DNA from: an uncultured Flammeovirgaceae bacterium
GTDB lineage: Bacteria > Bacteroidota > Bacteroidia > Cytophagales > Cyclobacteriaceae
NCBI GenBank assembly: GCA_913050055.1
Contig: CAJXAT010000002.1
Location: 23,633-63,632, forward strand
Direction of reading: 5' to 3'
DNA length: 40,000 nt
Positions 1 through 9,808 of the stretch are shown here, piece by piece. The position numbers and the translations under genes were made by a program. Each line of letters opens with the position of its first letter. Within the stretch, counting starts at the first letter, position 1. The notes beneath the pieces are model-generated. The model was not told the origin of the DNA. It searched no databases and was given only the letters and a program-made list of their open reading frames with translations.

Positions 1-1
1 G

Positions 2-424
2 AAAGCATTTGCCAAAATTTCTACCCGATTGGTCTCCAATCAAAACAGCGATAAGATCACACAAATGATCATCAAATATTTTGAAGAAAATGCACCCAAA
101 TCTGTAAAAGTGAAGGTAACGCCCCATCATGGAGGAACACCCGCAGTAGTTTCTACCCATTCAAATGGGTATCAAGCAGCAAGTAAGGCATTTGCACAAT
201 CCTGGGGAAAAACACCGATCCCGACGATGGAAGGCGGGAGCATCCCAATCGTTGCTCTGTTCATTCAAGAACTGAAAATAGAACCTATCTTAATGGGCTT
301 TGGTCTCGATTCGGATGACATTCATTCACCCAATGAAAGTTATGGCTTATTTAATTATTATAAAGGAATTGAAACTATTGCTTATTTTTACCATCATTTT
401 TCCCAAGTATCAAAAAATAACTAA
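2..424 (+). CDS. M20-family (ArgE/DapE/ACY1/CPG2/YscS) dipeptidase, C-terminal part; 5' end lies outside the window
   Basis: The frame is open from the window edge to TAA at 422-424. The C-terminal motifs EGGSIP...MGFGLDSDDIHSPNE...FNYYKGIE are typical of M20 dipeptidases. Confidence 0.7.
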   Translation, partial: KAFAKISTRLVSNQNSDKITQMIIKYFEENAPKSVKVKVTPHHGGTPAVVSTHSNGYQAASKAFAQSWGKTPIPTMEGGSIPIVALFIQELKIEPILMGFGLDSDDIHSPNESYGLFNYYKGIETIAYFYHHFSQVSKNN

Positions 425-449
425 GGGGTCAATCTATCATTGATAAATT

Positions 450-2414
450 ATGCGCGTTCAATTAATTCTGTTGCTACTTTTAGCTAGTTTTTGGGGTTCA
501 AGTCAAATAATCAAGCCAATCGAATGGCGTCAAAGTATCTCTATTTCAGATGATCAAGCAACGGCTCAAATTATTTTTAATGCGGTCATTGATGCCGATT
601 GGTATTTATATTCCTCTGATTTTGATCCTGAATTAGGTCCTAACGTTACCGAATTTATTTTCACGCCGCATGCGAGTTACAAACTGTTAGGATCTATTCA
701 ACCTCAAGCAGCCTTAAGTGCCTATGATTCTATATTTATGGGTACCTACACCTATTTTAAAAAAACAGGTACGTTTGTTCAAAATATTCAATTAAAAGAT
801 CTCAACTATAGTATTGAGGGCTTCTATAGTTATCAAGTTTGCTCAGATGTTACGGGACTCTGTATACCCCTTGAAGATGATTTCTCTTTTGTTGCACCCT
901 CCATGAGCTCGGCAGCCTTCTCCGAAGAAAAAGCAGGACCAAATGAAAGCGTTTTTGACATGCGAGCAGCCAATGCCCCCTATCCCCTCCTTTCCTTTGT
1001 GCTGATCGCCTTTCTCGCTGGGCTTACGGCCCTCCTTACCCCTTGTGTCTTTCCTATGATTCCTATGACCGTTACTTATTTTACAGGAAAAAATAAAAGT
1101 AAGGCAACGAGAATTAAAAATAGCCTTTTTTATGGTCTATCCATCATCGGAATTCATGTGCTCTTCGGTGCTATTATTGCCCCATTTATGGGGCCAGAAA
1201 TCGCAAATGAATTGGCCACAGGATGGTTTCCAAATGTTTTATTTTTTATTGTATTCGTCTTTTTTGCCCTTTCTTTTTTCGGTCTTTTTGAGATTACTCT
1301 TCCCCACAAATGGGTGAATAAAGTAGATCGAATGGGAGATCAAGGTGGCCTAATCGGTGTCTTTTTTATGGCCTTAACTTTAGTTTTAGTTTCCTTCAGT
1401 TGCACCGGACCCATTGTAGGTACGATATTAGTGGAATCGGCTGGAGGACTGGTACTCAAGCCGATTTTAGGAATGCTGGCTTTTTCTACAGCCTTTGCCA
1501 TCCCATTCATGCTTTTTGCTTTATTTCCCGGCTGGCTCGGATCTCTACCCAAATCAGGAAGTTGGCTCAACTCAGTAAAAGTAGTACTGGGTTTTCTGGA
1601 ATTGGCTTTTGCCTTTAAATTTCTAAGTATCGCTGACCAAGCCTATCACTGGGGCATTTTAGACCGTGAAATTTATTTAGCTCTATGGATTGCTATTTTC
1701 ACCTTATTGAGTTTTTATTTGCTTGGTACCTTTCGAATGCCTGGAGATTCTAAGGCAAAAAATACTTCAGTGTTGGGATTAATTTTAGCCATCATCAGTT
1801 TTTCATTTGTGTTTTATCTCATTCCAGGACTTTTTGGGGCCCCCCTAAAAGGAATGTCTGGCTATTTACCTCCCATCTCAGGACAAGATTTCAATGTAAG
1901 TTCATCAAATCAAACAATACTTAATAACAATTTATCTGGTTTGTGTGAAGCGCCAAAATATAGTGATTTTCTTGAGCTCCCTCATAGACTATCAGGTTAT
2001 TTTGATTTAGAGCAAGCCAAGGAATGTGCTCTTGCGACTGGAAAGCCCATATTTATAGACTTTACAGGCCATGGATGTGTCAACTGCCGAGAAATGGAGG
2101 CGCGTGTATGGTCGGATTCAAGAATTCTCAAACGATTATCTGAAAACTTCATCGTAGTTGCCTTGTATGTAGATGACAAAACGGCTTTGCCAAAGAATCA
2201 ATGGTATAAATCTTCTTACGACGGTAAGACAAAAAAAACGATAGGTAAGCAAAATGCAGATTTACAAATTACCCAATTTAAAAACAATGCTCAACCCCTT
2301 TATATCATCATGACTGCTGAGGGTCAATTGCTTGTCGATCCTATCTCCTATAATTTAGACATTCCATCCTTTCTCTCATTTTTGGACCTTGGGCATACCA
2401 ATTTCAGGAAATAA
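450..2414 (+). CDS. dsbD: DsbD-family protein-disulfide reductase (thiol:disulfide interchange protein)
   Basis: 654 aa with a signal peptide. The polytopic membrane core carries paired Cys motifs (LTPCVFPMIP, SFSCTGP). The C-terminal thioredoxin fold has a CxxC motif (GHGCVNCREME). Confidence 0.8.
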   Translation: MRVQLILLLLLASFWGSSQIIKPIEWRQSISISDDQATAQIIFNAVIDADWYLYSSDFDPELGPNVTEFIFTPHASYKLLGSIQPQAALSAYDSIFMGTYTYFKKTGTFVQNIQLKDLNYSIEGFYSYQVCSDVTGLCIPLEDDFSFVAPSMSSAAFSEEKAGPNESVFDMRAANAPYPLLSFVLIAFLAGLTALLTPCVFPMIPMTVTYFTGKNKSKATRIKNSLFYGLSIIGIHVLFGAIIAPFMGPEIANELATGWFPNVLFFIVFVFFALSFFGLFEITLPHKWVNKVDRMGDQGGLIGVFFMALTLVLVSFSCTGPIVGTILVESAGGLVLKPILGMLAFSTAFAIPFMLFALFPGWLGSLPKSGSWLNSVKVVLGFLELAFAFKFLSIADQAYHWGILDREIYLALWIAIFTLLSFYLLGTFRMPGDSKAKNTSVLGLILAIISFSFVFYLIPGLFGAPLKGMSGYLPPISGQDFNVSSSNQTILNNNLSGLCEAPKYSDFLELPHRLSGYFDLEQAKECALATGKPIFIDFTGHGCVNCREMEARVWSDSRILKRLSENFIVVALYVDDKTALPKNQWYKSSYDGKTKKTIGKQNADLQITQFKNNAQPLYIIMTAEGQLLVDPISYNLDIPSFLSFLDLGHTNFRK

Positions 2415-2424
2415 GACTACGCAC

Positions 2425-3669
2425 ATGAAAGTCCCTCATATAATCTCTTTATCCCTTTTAGTACTTTTTCATGCTTGTGATTCCGTGGTCAAGCAAGTAC
2501 CCAAAAAAGAGACTATTGAATCCCTCCCGCAGGAAGCTCCAAAGCCAAAATTATTATTTGGCCTTACTGTAGATTCGTCTGGAGTCATAGTAGGGAAAAT
2601 AAAACGAAACCAAACGCTTTCCGCTATTCTTCAAAATTTTGGTGTATCCGATGCCAAAATTTATGCAATTGCCCAGACTTCAAAAAATATTTATGACCTA
2701 CGCAAACTTAACATAGGTAAAAAATATTCGATTATTCATAAAATGGATTCAAATAAGACCGTTGACTATTTTATTTTTGAACCTGATTTGAAATCTTTTG
2801 TTGTTTTTTCCTTAGGTGATTCTATCTATACACGCGTCTACCGTAAGAAGATAGATGTCATTGAAAGAAGTATTGCTGCCGAGATTCATTCATCCCTATA
2901 TGAAACAGCAATAGATATCGGAGCCCCTCCTTTATTGGTAAGTAAACTCGTCGATGTACTTGCTTGGCAAGTTGACTTTTTCAGAATACAAGAAGGAGAT
3001 AAGTTCAAGGTCATTTATGAGGAAGAAAGTATTGAAGGAAAACCTATTGGCATTAAGCAAATCAAGGGTGTCTATTTTGAGCATTTTGATAAGATATTTT
3101 ATGGTATTCGATACAGCGTAGATCAAAAAGAAGATTATTTTGACCGGGACGGTAACAGCTTAAGAAAGACTTTTTTAAGAGCTCCACTGAATTACAGGAG
3201 AATAAGTTCTCGATATTCAGGTCGTCGCTATCATCCTGTTCAAAAAAGATATAAGGCCCATTTAGGAACAGATTATGCAGCCGCTACGGGCACACCCATT
3301 CACTCGGTCGGTGAAGGCGTCGTTGTGGAAGCCAAATATGGGCGCTATAATGGAAATTATGTTAAAATAAAGCATAGTAGTACCTATTCAACCCAATACT
3401 TACACATGCAGAAAATTAAGCGAGGTATCAGGCCAGGCGTCCAAGTTGAACAAGGTCAAACTATTGGATTTGTGGGAAGCACAGGACTGGCCACCGGACC
3501 ACACCTCTGCTTTCGCTTCTGGAAGAATAACAAACAAGTAGATGTATTAAAAGTAGATTTACCTCCTTCAGATCCCATCAATCCCAAAGCACTCAATGAT
3601 TTTTTGCATGAAAAAAATAGGGTTATAAAAAAATTAGAACAATTATCTTTTATAGTTCCGCAAGCATGA
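2425..3669 (+). CDS. M23 family metallopeptidase (lipoprotein)
   Basis: M23 motifs HLGTDYAAATGTPI and GSTGLATGPHLCF are present. I chose the start at internal Met 2425 (MKVPHIISLSLLVLFHAC, lipobox-like) rather than the track start 2389, which overlaps the dsbD end. Confidence 0.8.
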   Translation: MKVPHIISLSLLVLFHACDSVVKQVPKKETIESLPQEAPKPKLLFGLTVDSSGVIVGKIKRNQTLSAILQNFGVSDAKIYAIAQTSKNIYDLRKLNIGKKYSIIHKMDSNKTVDYFIFEPDLKSFVVFSLGDSIYTRVYRKKIDVIERSIAAEIHSSLYETAIDIGAPPLLVSKLVDVLAWQVDFFRIQEGDKFKVIYEEESIEGKPIGIKQIKGVYFEHFDKIFYGIRYSVDQKEDYFDRDGNSLRKTFLRAPLNYRRISSRYSGRRYHPVQKRYKAHLGTDYAAATGTPIHSVGEGVVVEAKYGRYNGNYVKIKHSSTYSTQYLHMQKIKRGIRPGVQVEQGQTIGFVGSTGLATGPHLCFRFWKNNKQVDVLKVDLPPSDPINPKALNDFLHEKNRVIKKLEQLSFIVPQA

Positions 3670-3861
3670 TTAGAATGCCCCAATAGATTACCAAATTATA
3701 GAACTTAGGTCCCCTCTTCTCATTTTTTAGGCCCTAGGATTGTTCAGTGGGTGCTAACATATCTAATCCCTTAGAGAAGAGGGCTTAAATAAAACAAGCC
3801 CAAATTGCCCTCATCTAAACCATTTTTAATATCTTCGATACAATAAAAAAATTATTTCTCT

Positions 3862-4245
3862 ATGAAAAAAATCATTCCTTACTCATTGATAATATTTTCT
3901 TTGTTATCATGTAGAGATGAAGTTAAACTGCAAGGAACATGGGATGCTGTTTGGGAAACTTCACCCGAATCCTTTGGTGAAATAGCGGGTATTGAAAGTT
4001 TTATCATGAATGGTAAGTTTATTTTTCACGGTGATTCCATCACCATCGTTGCTCATGGCTATAAAGGTTGTGTCTTCGGAGTTGATACCATTCAGCATTC
4101 CCAAACATGGAACATACAGAATGATACCCTTTATCTTGTGAATGAAAGCAACCTGCAAGGAATATCTTATTTTGTCAAATCCAAAGATGAAAACTCCATT
4201 GAATTACAACTCATGGAAGACATTTTTATTCATCTTAAAAAATAA
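3862..4245 (+). CDS. hypothetical small lipoprotein
   Basis: 127-aa ORF with an N-terminal lipoprotein signal (MKKIIPYSLIIFSLLSC). No family recognised. Confidence 0.5.
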   Translation: MKKIIPYSLIIFSLLSCRDEVKLQGTWDAVWETSPESFGEIAGIESFIMNGKFIFHGDSITIVAHGYKGCVFGVDTIQHSQTWNIQNDTLYLVNESNLQGISYFVKSKDENSIELQLMEDIFIHLKK

Positions 4246-4247
4246 AT

Positions 4248-4778
4248 ATGAAAAATTATCTCGTCCTACTCTTATTTTCTTTGAGCTCATTTAGCCTGCT
4301 CAGTCAAAGTTTATACGATTACGACATCGATGCTAGGTTACTAGAATTAGGAATTACCCTCAATGAACCGAGTCAGCCTGTAGGCAATTATGTCAACAGC
4401 ATCCGAACAGGAAATCTCATCTATATGGCAGGACTCGGTCCGCTCGGTCCCAATGGATACATAATCGGTAAACTGGGACAAGATTTAAGTATAGCAGAGG
4501 GTTACGACGCGGCTCGGTATACAGCCATCTCTCAATTGACGGCTTTAAAGGCTGAAATAGGAGATCTCAATAAGGTAAAAAGAATCGTTAAAGTATTTGG
4601 CATGGTCAACTCCACCTCCACTTTTACCCAACAACCCGCAGTAATCAATGGTTTCTCAGATTTAATGATAGCCGTTTTTGAAGATAGAGGAAGACACGCC
4701 CGTGCAGCTGTCGGTATGGTTGCCTTACCTATGAATATCTGTCTAGAGATAGAAATGATTGTTGAAGTAGAACCCTAA
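4248..4778 (+). CDS. RidA/YjgF-family protein with an N-terminal signal peptide
   Basis: The core LELGITLNEPSQPVGNYVNSIRTGNLIYMAG...ARAAVGMVALPMNICLEIEMIVEV resembles the RidA-like (YjgF_YER057c_UK114) family. It is preceded by about 25 hydrophobic residues. The gene starts 2 nt after the previous gene. Confidence 0.7.
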   Translation: MKNYLVLLLFSLSSFSLLSQSLYDYDIDARLLELGITLNEPSQPVGNYVNSIRTGNLIYMAGLGPLGPNGYIIGKLGQDLSIAEGYDAARYTAISQLTALKAEIGDLNKVKRIVKVFGMVNSTSTFTQQPAVINGFSDLMIAVFEDRGRHARAAVGMVALPMNICLEIEMIVEVEP

Positions 4779-4796
4779 GTAGAGGCTCAACCATTT

Positions 4797-5705
4797 TCAT
4801 AGGGACCTTAATGACAACTGTTTTTGTAAAATAGCCATACCTTCATCAAAACTGTGGGGTTTATAATTTAATTCGGTAATGGCTTTATCTAAAATAAATC
4901 CTGTTCTCGCGGGTCGCTGAGCTGGCTGGGTAAATACACTTCCATCTACCTCTTTAATCAGGGACGCATCTAACTTAAAAAAATGCGCTGTTTTTAATGC
5001 CATATCATGGGGAGTAAGCAGATCTTTACCTGATATATTAAAAATTCCTTCTGCCTTTTTTTGTGCAATGGCCATGCAACCCAAAGCCAAGTCTTCAGCC
5101 AAGGTAGGTGTCCTCCATTGGTCATTGATTACTTGTATTTTTTTCCCCTGCTCTAGACTATGCTTTATCCATAAAATTATATTCGACTTTGACATATCAT
5201 GTGCGATTCCATAAACCAAAACCGTGCGGACAATGGCACTTTTGACAGGTGAGGCCTTTAATAAATCTTCTGAAGCTAACTTGCTCTTTCCATAATAACT
5301 TAAGGGATGGGCTAGCGCCTCTTCAGCGTAAGGACCTGCCAAACCATCAAAAATAAAATCTGTCGACAGCTGGATGAGTAAAGCATTTGCCTCAATGCAA
5401 CCCGCTATTAAATATTCTAAAGCCGTTACATTTTGTGACCAGCATGCTTCTTGATGAGTTTCGCATTGATCCACATGCGTCATGGCCGCACAATTGATCA
5501 CCACATCAGGATTAATTTCTTTGAGGACCGTCGACACCTCCTCTCGAGAGGTAACATCTAACTTCCTATATTCATATTTTCCAGGTGGATTACGATTTTC
5601 GCCTCTACTCGTAGCTATAAAAGAAATCTCTTGCAGCGAAGCTGATAGACTGACTAATTTCTGCCCTAATAGGCCATTGGCCCCCGTAACTAATAGCTTC
5701 ATCAT
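4797..5705 (-). CDS. SDR-family NAD(P)-dependent oxidoreductase, dTDP-4-dehydrorhamnose reductase (RmlD)-like
   Basis: 302 aa with the Rossmann motif LVTGANGLLGQ and an RmlD-like YGKSK catalytic motif. Confidence 0.7.
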   Translation of the reverse strand: MMKLLVTGANGLLGQKLVSLSASLQEISFIATSRGENRNPPGKYEYRKLDVTSREEVSTVLKEINPDVVINCAAMTHVDQCETHQEACWSQNVTALEYLIAGCIEANALLIQLSTDFIFDGLAGPYAEEALAHPLSYYGKSKLASEDLLKASPVKSAIVRTVLVYGIAHDMSKSNIILWIKHSLEQGKKIQVINDQWRTPTLAEDLALGCMAIAQKKAEGIFNISGKDLLTPHDMALKTAHFFKLDASLIKEVDGSVFTQPAQRPARTGFILDKAITELNYKPHSFDEGMAILQKQLSLRSL

Positions 5706-6541
5706 AATTCTTTAGGATACCTGTAACCATATTTTTCAGTAATTTCTTTTTTAGGTACCTCCTCGATTTCCATGGTCATAAAAAGTTCCTCAATCGGTCG
5801 GTTGGCTCGTCCTACCGATACGCTTGCGATTTGATCAACCACGTCTAAGCCCGCAACCACACGACCAAAAATTGTGTATTCATTATCCAAGTGCGGAGCC
5901 CCTCCCAAGGTCGTGTAAGTTTCCAGTCGATCCAATGCCATGTCTTTGCGCAGTGAAATCCCTTGAACAGACTCCACTAATTCCACATATCTAAGGGCCA
6001 ATTGATTCATTTCTTCAATTTTATTTTCCCTTTGCAAATTGATAAATTGTTGGGCTATGGTATCATAGCTGGGATTCTTCATTAACTCACTCAAACCCTG
6101 ATTTAATGCAAATTGATCTATTGTTAACTCTTCTATGCTGAATATTTTACCATGGACAATATAAAATTGACTTGCCGAAGACATTTTTTCTGGGTTAATG
6201 CGATCAGGTTGCCTGGCTGCAGCTAACGCACCTTTAGTATGCATGAAATCACTCATGATTTCGGCAGGAATACGATCCGCTAAAGATTCCTGTGTCCCTT
6301 CTTTTTCATTGATATTTCCGCCCTGGACCATAAACCCTTTCATAACCCGATGCCACAAAGTACTGTCATACTTTCCCGTCCGCACCAACTCGATAAAGTT
6401 TTTCTTATGGAGTGGTGTTTCGTCGTATAAAAGCACTTTGATGGTTCCAAATTGGGTATTGATATTGACTAAGATATCTTTATCAGAATTACAACCCTGT
6501 AAAACCATCATTAACCCCATTATGATTACTATTTTTTTCAT
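5702..6541 (-). CDS. cyclophilin-type peptidyl-prolyl cis-trans isomerase (lipoprotein, long-insert form)
   Basis: Lipoprotein signal (MVLQGC) and cyclophilin motifs HRVMKGFMVQGG, SQFYIV and IFGRVV. It overlaps the downstream gene by 4 nt. Confidence 0.8.
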   Translation of the reverse strand: MKKIVIIMGLMMVLQGCNSDKDILVNINTQFGTIKVLLYDETPLHKKNFIELVRTGKYDSTLWHRVMKGFMVQGGNINEKEGTQESLADRIPAEIMSDFMHTKGALAAARQPDRINPEKMSSASQFYIVHGKIFSIEELTIDQFALNQGLSELMKNPSYDTIAQQFINLQRENKIEEMNQLALRYVELVESVQGISLRKDMALDRLETYTTLGGAPHLDNEYTIFGRVVAGLDVVDQIASVSVGRANRPIEELFMTMEIEEVPKKEITEKYGYRYPKEL

Positions 6542-6556
6542 ATTCTTCCCTAAATT

Positions 6557-7471
6557 TCAAATTTGTTCCCTTATCTCTTTTAAAATATTTTGGCCTCCCG
6601 CTTCTAAAACCTCTAAAGCCAAGCAAATTCCAAGATCTTTAGGATCATAACTGGATCGCTTTTTTAATATCTTTTGCTTGCCATCTAGGCTAATGATACC
6701 CCCCCTTAGAATAATGCCATTTTGATCAGAAGTTGCATGTGCAAAAACAGGAATGCTACAACCCCCTTCAAATTTTTCAAGAAAGGCACGTTCTGCGATG
6801 ACCTCGGTCGCCGTGTGCGCATCATTTAACTTCGATGTAATTTGAGCTCTTATTGAAGGGTCTAATGAGCTATGCGCTTCAATGGCAATGCTCCCTTGGC
6901 CCACCGCCGGAACCCATACTTTTTCATCAAAGACATATTGAATCATACTTTCATAATTCATCCTTTGTATCCCAGCATAAGCCAATATCAAGGCATCACA
7001 ATGTCCCGCCTTCATTTTCTCAATTCTTGTCTGCAAGTTTCCTCTCATATCTACCGTTTCTGCATGAGGGTAAAAATGTCTCAGACAGGCCACGCGGCGT
7101 GTTGATGAGGTTCCAATGACAAGCGGTGTAGCTAAATTAACTTTATTTGGACTGATCAAAACATCATTGGGTTGTGCTCTTGGACCAAAGGCAATAATTT
7201 CAAATGATTCAGGCAACACCGATGGCATATCTTTGGCGCTGTGAACGGCTATATCTATTTCTCCATTTTGGAGTTTTTGTTCTAATTCTTCAGTAAAAAC
7301 TCCTTTCGAACCTATTTTAGAAATGGCTACATCCAAAACGCGATCGCCCTGAGTTGATATGGGTGCCAGCTCTGAAGCAATGCCCTCATTAGCCAGTTGG
7401 GTTTTTACCGAATGAGCTTGCCACAAAGCCAGTTTACTTTTACGCGTTCCTATGACAATTGGCCTATCCAC
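6557..7471 (-). CDS. hemC: hydroxymethylbilane synthase (porphobilinogen deaminase)
   Basis: 304 aa. The N-terminus IGTRKSKLALWQA, plus GNLQTRIEK and a C-terminal cofactor Cys region (GGCSIP), are characteristic of HemC. Confidence 0.9.
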   Translation of the reverse strand: MDRPIVIGTRKSKLALWQAHSVKTQLANEGIASELAPISTQGDRVLDVAISKIGSKGVFTEELEQKLQNGEIDIAVHSAKDMPSVLPESFEIIAFGPRAQPNDVLISPNKVNLATPLVIGTSSTRRVACLRHFYPHAETVDMRGNLQTRIEKMKAGHCDALILAYAGIQRMNYESMIQYVFDEKVWVPAVGQGSIAIEAHSSLDPSIRAQITSKLNDAHTATEVIAERAFLEKFEGGCSIPVFAHATSDQNGIILRGGIISLDGKQKILKKRSSYDPKDLGICLALEVLEAGGQNILKEIREQI

Positions 7472-8588
7472 GGTGGGTTCTAATAATATAGGAAAGCCTG
7501 ATACTTAAAGCTAATTGGGCCATCTGTGGATGAGCATGACGCTCTAAATAATACAAGGTTTCTGAAAGATCTTTATAAATGAGTTCAAGTCCTTGAAGAT
7601 TAATAGCATGACTAAATTTCAATATGAACACACGCTCAGCGCCTTGCGAGGAGATTAAATCTTCTGCTCCTTTAACCAAAATTGCATTACGAATCATCTC
7701 GAGTGCCCAACGCATTTTAATCTGTTGTTTTGCCCTTGATATTTGCTTGAATTGCTCACTCATCCGAGATAAAAAGTCATATTTAGCTCCTATACAATTT
7801 CGCATCCAATCAATGAACCAATACAGCTCATCCTCATTACCTTCTTTTAAATCGGCTACTGCATTCGGTAAGCTCCCATTTGAGAACCGATATGCCTTGA
7901 TCGCATCTTCGGCACTAGCACCCTTATTTTTAACCAAGTATCCCATCATTTCGCCCTCTGAAAATGAGGGAACGGTAACCAACTGCAAACGAGAGATAAT
8001 GGTTTTTAGTAAATCTTCATAATGATAAGTAACCATCAAATACAAAGTATTTTCGGGAGGTTCTTCCAACACTTTTAAAATGGCGTTGGCTGCCGCCCCA
8101 TTCATTTTTTCAGGATACCAAATAATCAAAATTTTGAGTCCGCCCTCAAAAGATTTCATATTCACTGTTTGTACAATTTTTTTTGCTTCCGCCTTACTTA
8201 TCTGATTTTGCTTGTTTTCCGTATCCAGTGCACTGATAAGATCGCCCAGAGCAGCATAAGGCTGTTCAATGATCAATTCCCTCCAAACTTCATTCACCCT
8301 AGACTGTTGCTTCCCATCCTCTTTTTCCGGTTTGGCTGAAGGGAAAAAATAATGAACATCAGGATGTATGTGCTTGGCCATTTTTTGACATGTCGGACAA
8401 CTTCCACAAGCATCTGTTGCTTCTTTATTCTCACAGAGTAAATAGGTGGCATAGGCAATGGCCAAAGGCAGGGCCGCACCGCCTTCCTTTCCACTGAATA
8501 ATTGAGCATGTGCCAGATGGTTTCGCTGATATGATAAAACCAATGTTTCTTTTAAGGCGAGCAGTCCCGGAATCTCCTCAAATCTCAT
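7464..8588 (-). CDS. holB: DNA polymerase III subunit delta'
   Basis: 374 aa with HAQLFSGKEGGAALPLA, the zinc module CGSCPTCQK, and the LKVLEEPP motif. Confidence 0.8.
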   Translation of the reverse strand: MRFEEIPGLLALKETLVLSYQRNHLAHAQLFSGKEGGAALPLAIAYATYLLCENKEATDACGSCPTCQKMAKHIHPDVHYFFPSAKPEKEDGKQQSRVNEVWRELIIEQPYAALGDLISALDTENKQNQISKAEAKKIVQTVNMKSFEGGLKILIIWYPEKMNGAAANAILKVLEEPPENTLYLMVTYHYEDLLKTIISRLQLVTVPSFSEGEMMGYLVKNKGASAEDAIKAYRFSNGSLPNAVADLKEGNEDELYWFIDWMRNCIGAKYDFLSRMSEQFKQISRAKQQIKMRWALEMIRNAILVKGAEDLISSQGAERVFILKFSHAINLQGLELIYKDLSETLYYLERHAHPQMAQLALSIRLSYIIRTHRG

Positions 8589-8603
8589 CTCTTAATGACT
8601 CGT

Positions 8604-9803
8604 TTACTCATTATTTATTCTTATTTCCCAAGTGCGTTCATCTTGAGTTTGGGTAAACACGTTTTTAAGTATTCCCTTCTGATGGTCCTCTAAATATTTA
8701 CTCCTTCTCCTCATGACCAGATCCGTTGTTTCAAGCATTTTATCAATCCGATGGGTAATAAAACCTTGTTTTACCCCCCAAGAAAAAGAAGGAATTAAAT
8801 TTTTTTGTACTCCAGAACCCAAAATATTTGCTCCCACGCCTACCGTGGTTCCGGTATTGAACTGCGAAGCAATACTGCATTTAGTATAATCCCCCATGAT
8901 CATTCCACAAAACTGTAATCCTGTATCTATGTATTTTTTACTATAAAAATCCCACATCTTAATGGTAGAATAATTCAGCTTCAGATTTGAATTATTCGTT
9001 CCCGCTCCTAAGTTACACCATTCTCCGATGACCGAATTTCCCAAAAATCCATAATGGGCTTTATTGGTAAACCCTTGAATCACTGTTTGAGAGATTTCTC
9101 CACCGACCTTTGAGTGAGGGCCTATGGTCACCTGTTCTCTGATCGCAGCCCCCATTTTAATTTCACTATGCTCATTCATGGCAAATGGTCCGCGAATAAT
9201 GGCACCTTCCCCTATTCTACAATTTTTGCCAATATAGATGGGGCCACGCTCCGCATTAAGGATGGCCGCTCTGATGGTCACTCCGGATTCAATATATATA
9301 TCGGACCCATAAGTGCGGATATGGGGATCTGCGATTGACTGCGATATTTGATCTTGGGTAACTAATTTGAAATCTTTTTTTATCTGTTTCCCATTTTGTA
9401 TGAAAATATCCCATCCATAGTTTATTTGATCTAATGAATCATTCCACTGGATCCAATCGTAGTTTGACCCTGCAAATCCCTCATCGGTATACAGGGCAAT
9501 CATAACGCCTTCGTAAATAATGCCTGTGCCTTTTTTTAACCCTTTAATGGAAGCTACAAGTTGTTCGTTGGGCATTACACTCCCATTGATAACCCATATT
9601 CCAGAGGCATCCCTTGGCTTCGTATATTGGCCCATCAAATAATCCAAAGTAAAATAACCAACCAGATCGGCCTTAAGGTAATGCTCCCATTTTTCTCTAA
9701 TGGTAAGAATCCCCACCCGCAGCTCACATGAAGGCTTCGTGTGGGTCAATGGCCATAACCGTTGATGGCGCTCGGGGTCATCCCAAAATGCTATTTTACG
9801 CAT
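8604..9803 (-). CDS. GlmU-family putative sugar-phosphate nucleotidyltransferase (left-handed beta-helix C-terminus)
   Basis: 399 aa. The N-terminus (FWDDPERHQRLWPLTHTKPSCELRVGILTI) is typical of this Bacteroidota family. Hexapeptide-repeat-like stretches occur in the C-terminal half. Confidence 0.65.
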   Translation of the reverse strand: MRKIAFWDDPERHQRLWPLTHTKPSCELRVGILTIREKWEHYLKADLVGYFTLDYLMGQYTKPRDASGIWVINGSVMPNEQLVASIKGLKKGTGIIYEGVMIALYTDEGFAGSNYDWIQWNDSLDQINYGWDIFIQNGKQIKKDFKLVTQDQISQSIADPHIRTYGSDIYIESGVTIRAAILNAERGPIYIGKNCRIGEGAIIRGPFAMNEHSEIKMGAAIREQVTIGPHSKVGGEISQTVIQGFTNKAHYGFLGNSVIGEWCNLGAGTNNSNLKLNYSTIKMWDFYSKKYIDTGLQFCGMIMGDYTKCSIASQFNTGTTVGVGANILGSGVQKNLIPSFSWGVKQGFITHRIDKMLETTDLVMRRRSKYLEDHQKGILKNVFTQTQDERTWEIRINNE

Positions 9804-9808
9804 ACCCC

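Noticed and set aside
1052-1069. Near-tandem 9-bp repeat TCCTATGAT/TCCTATGAC in dsbD
   Set aside because: It encodes the conserved membrane motif FPMIPMT next to the catalytic Cys. This is a protein-level constraint rather than a DNA repeat.
6198-6650. 150-aa plus-strand ORF, and many similar 60-130-aa track ORFs such as 1132-1317, 1340-1570, 7624-8022, 20547-20819, 23496-23795 and 29677-30045
   Set aside because: All are nested antisense to, or out of frame within, longer ORFs that have clear family motifs (PPIase/hemC, dsbD, holB, lipA, E1, TonB-dependent receptor). Their low-complexity, Ser/Leu/Phe-rich translations are typical of shadow ORFs.
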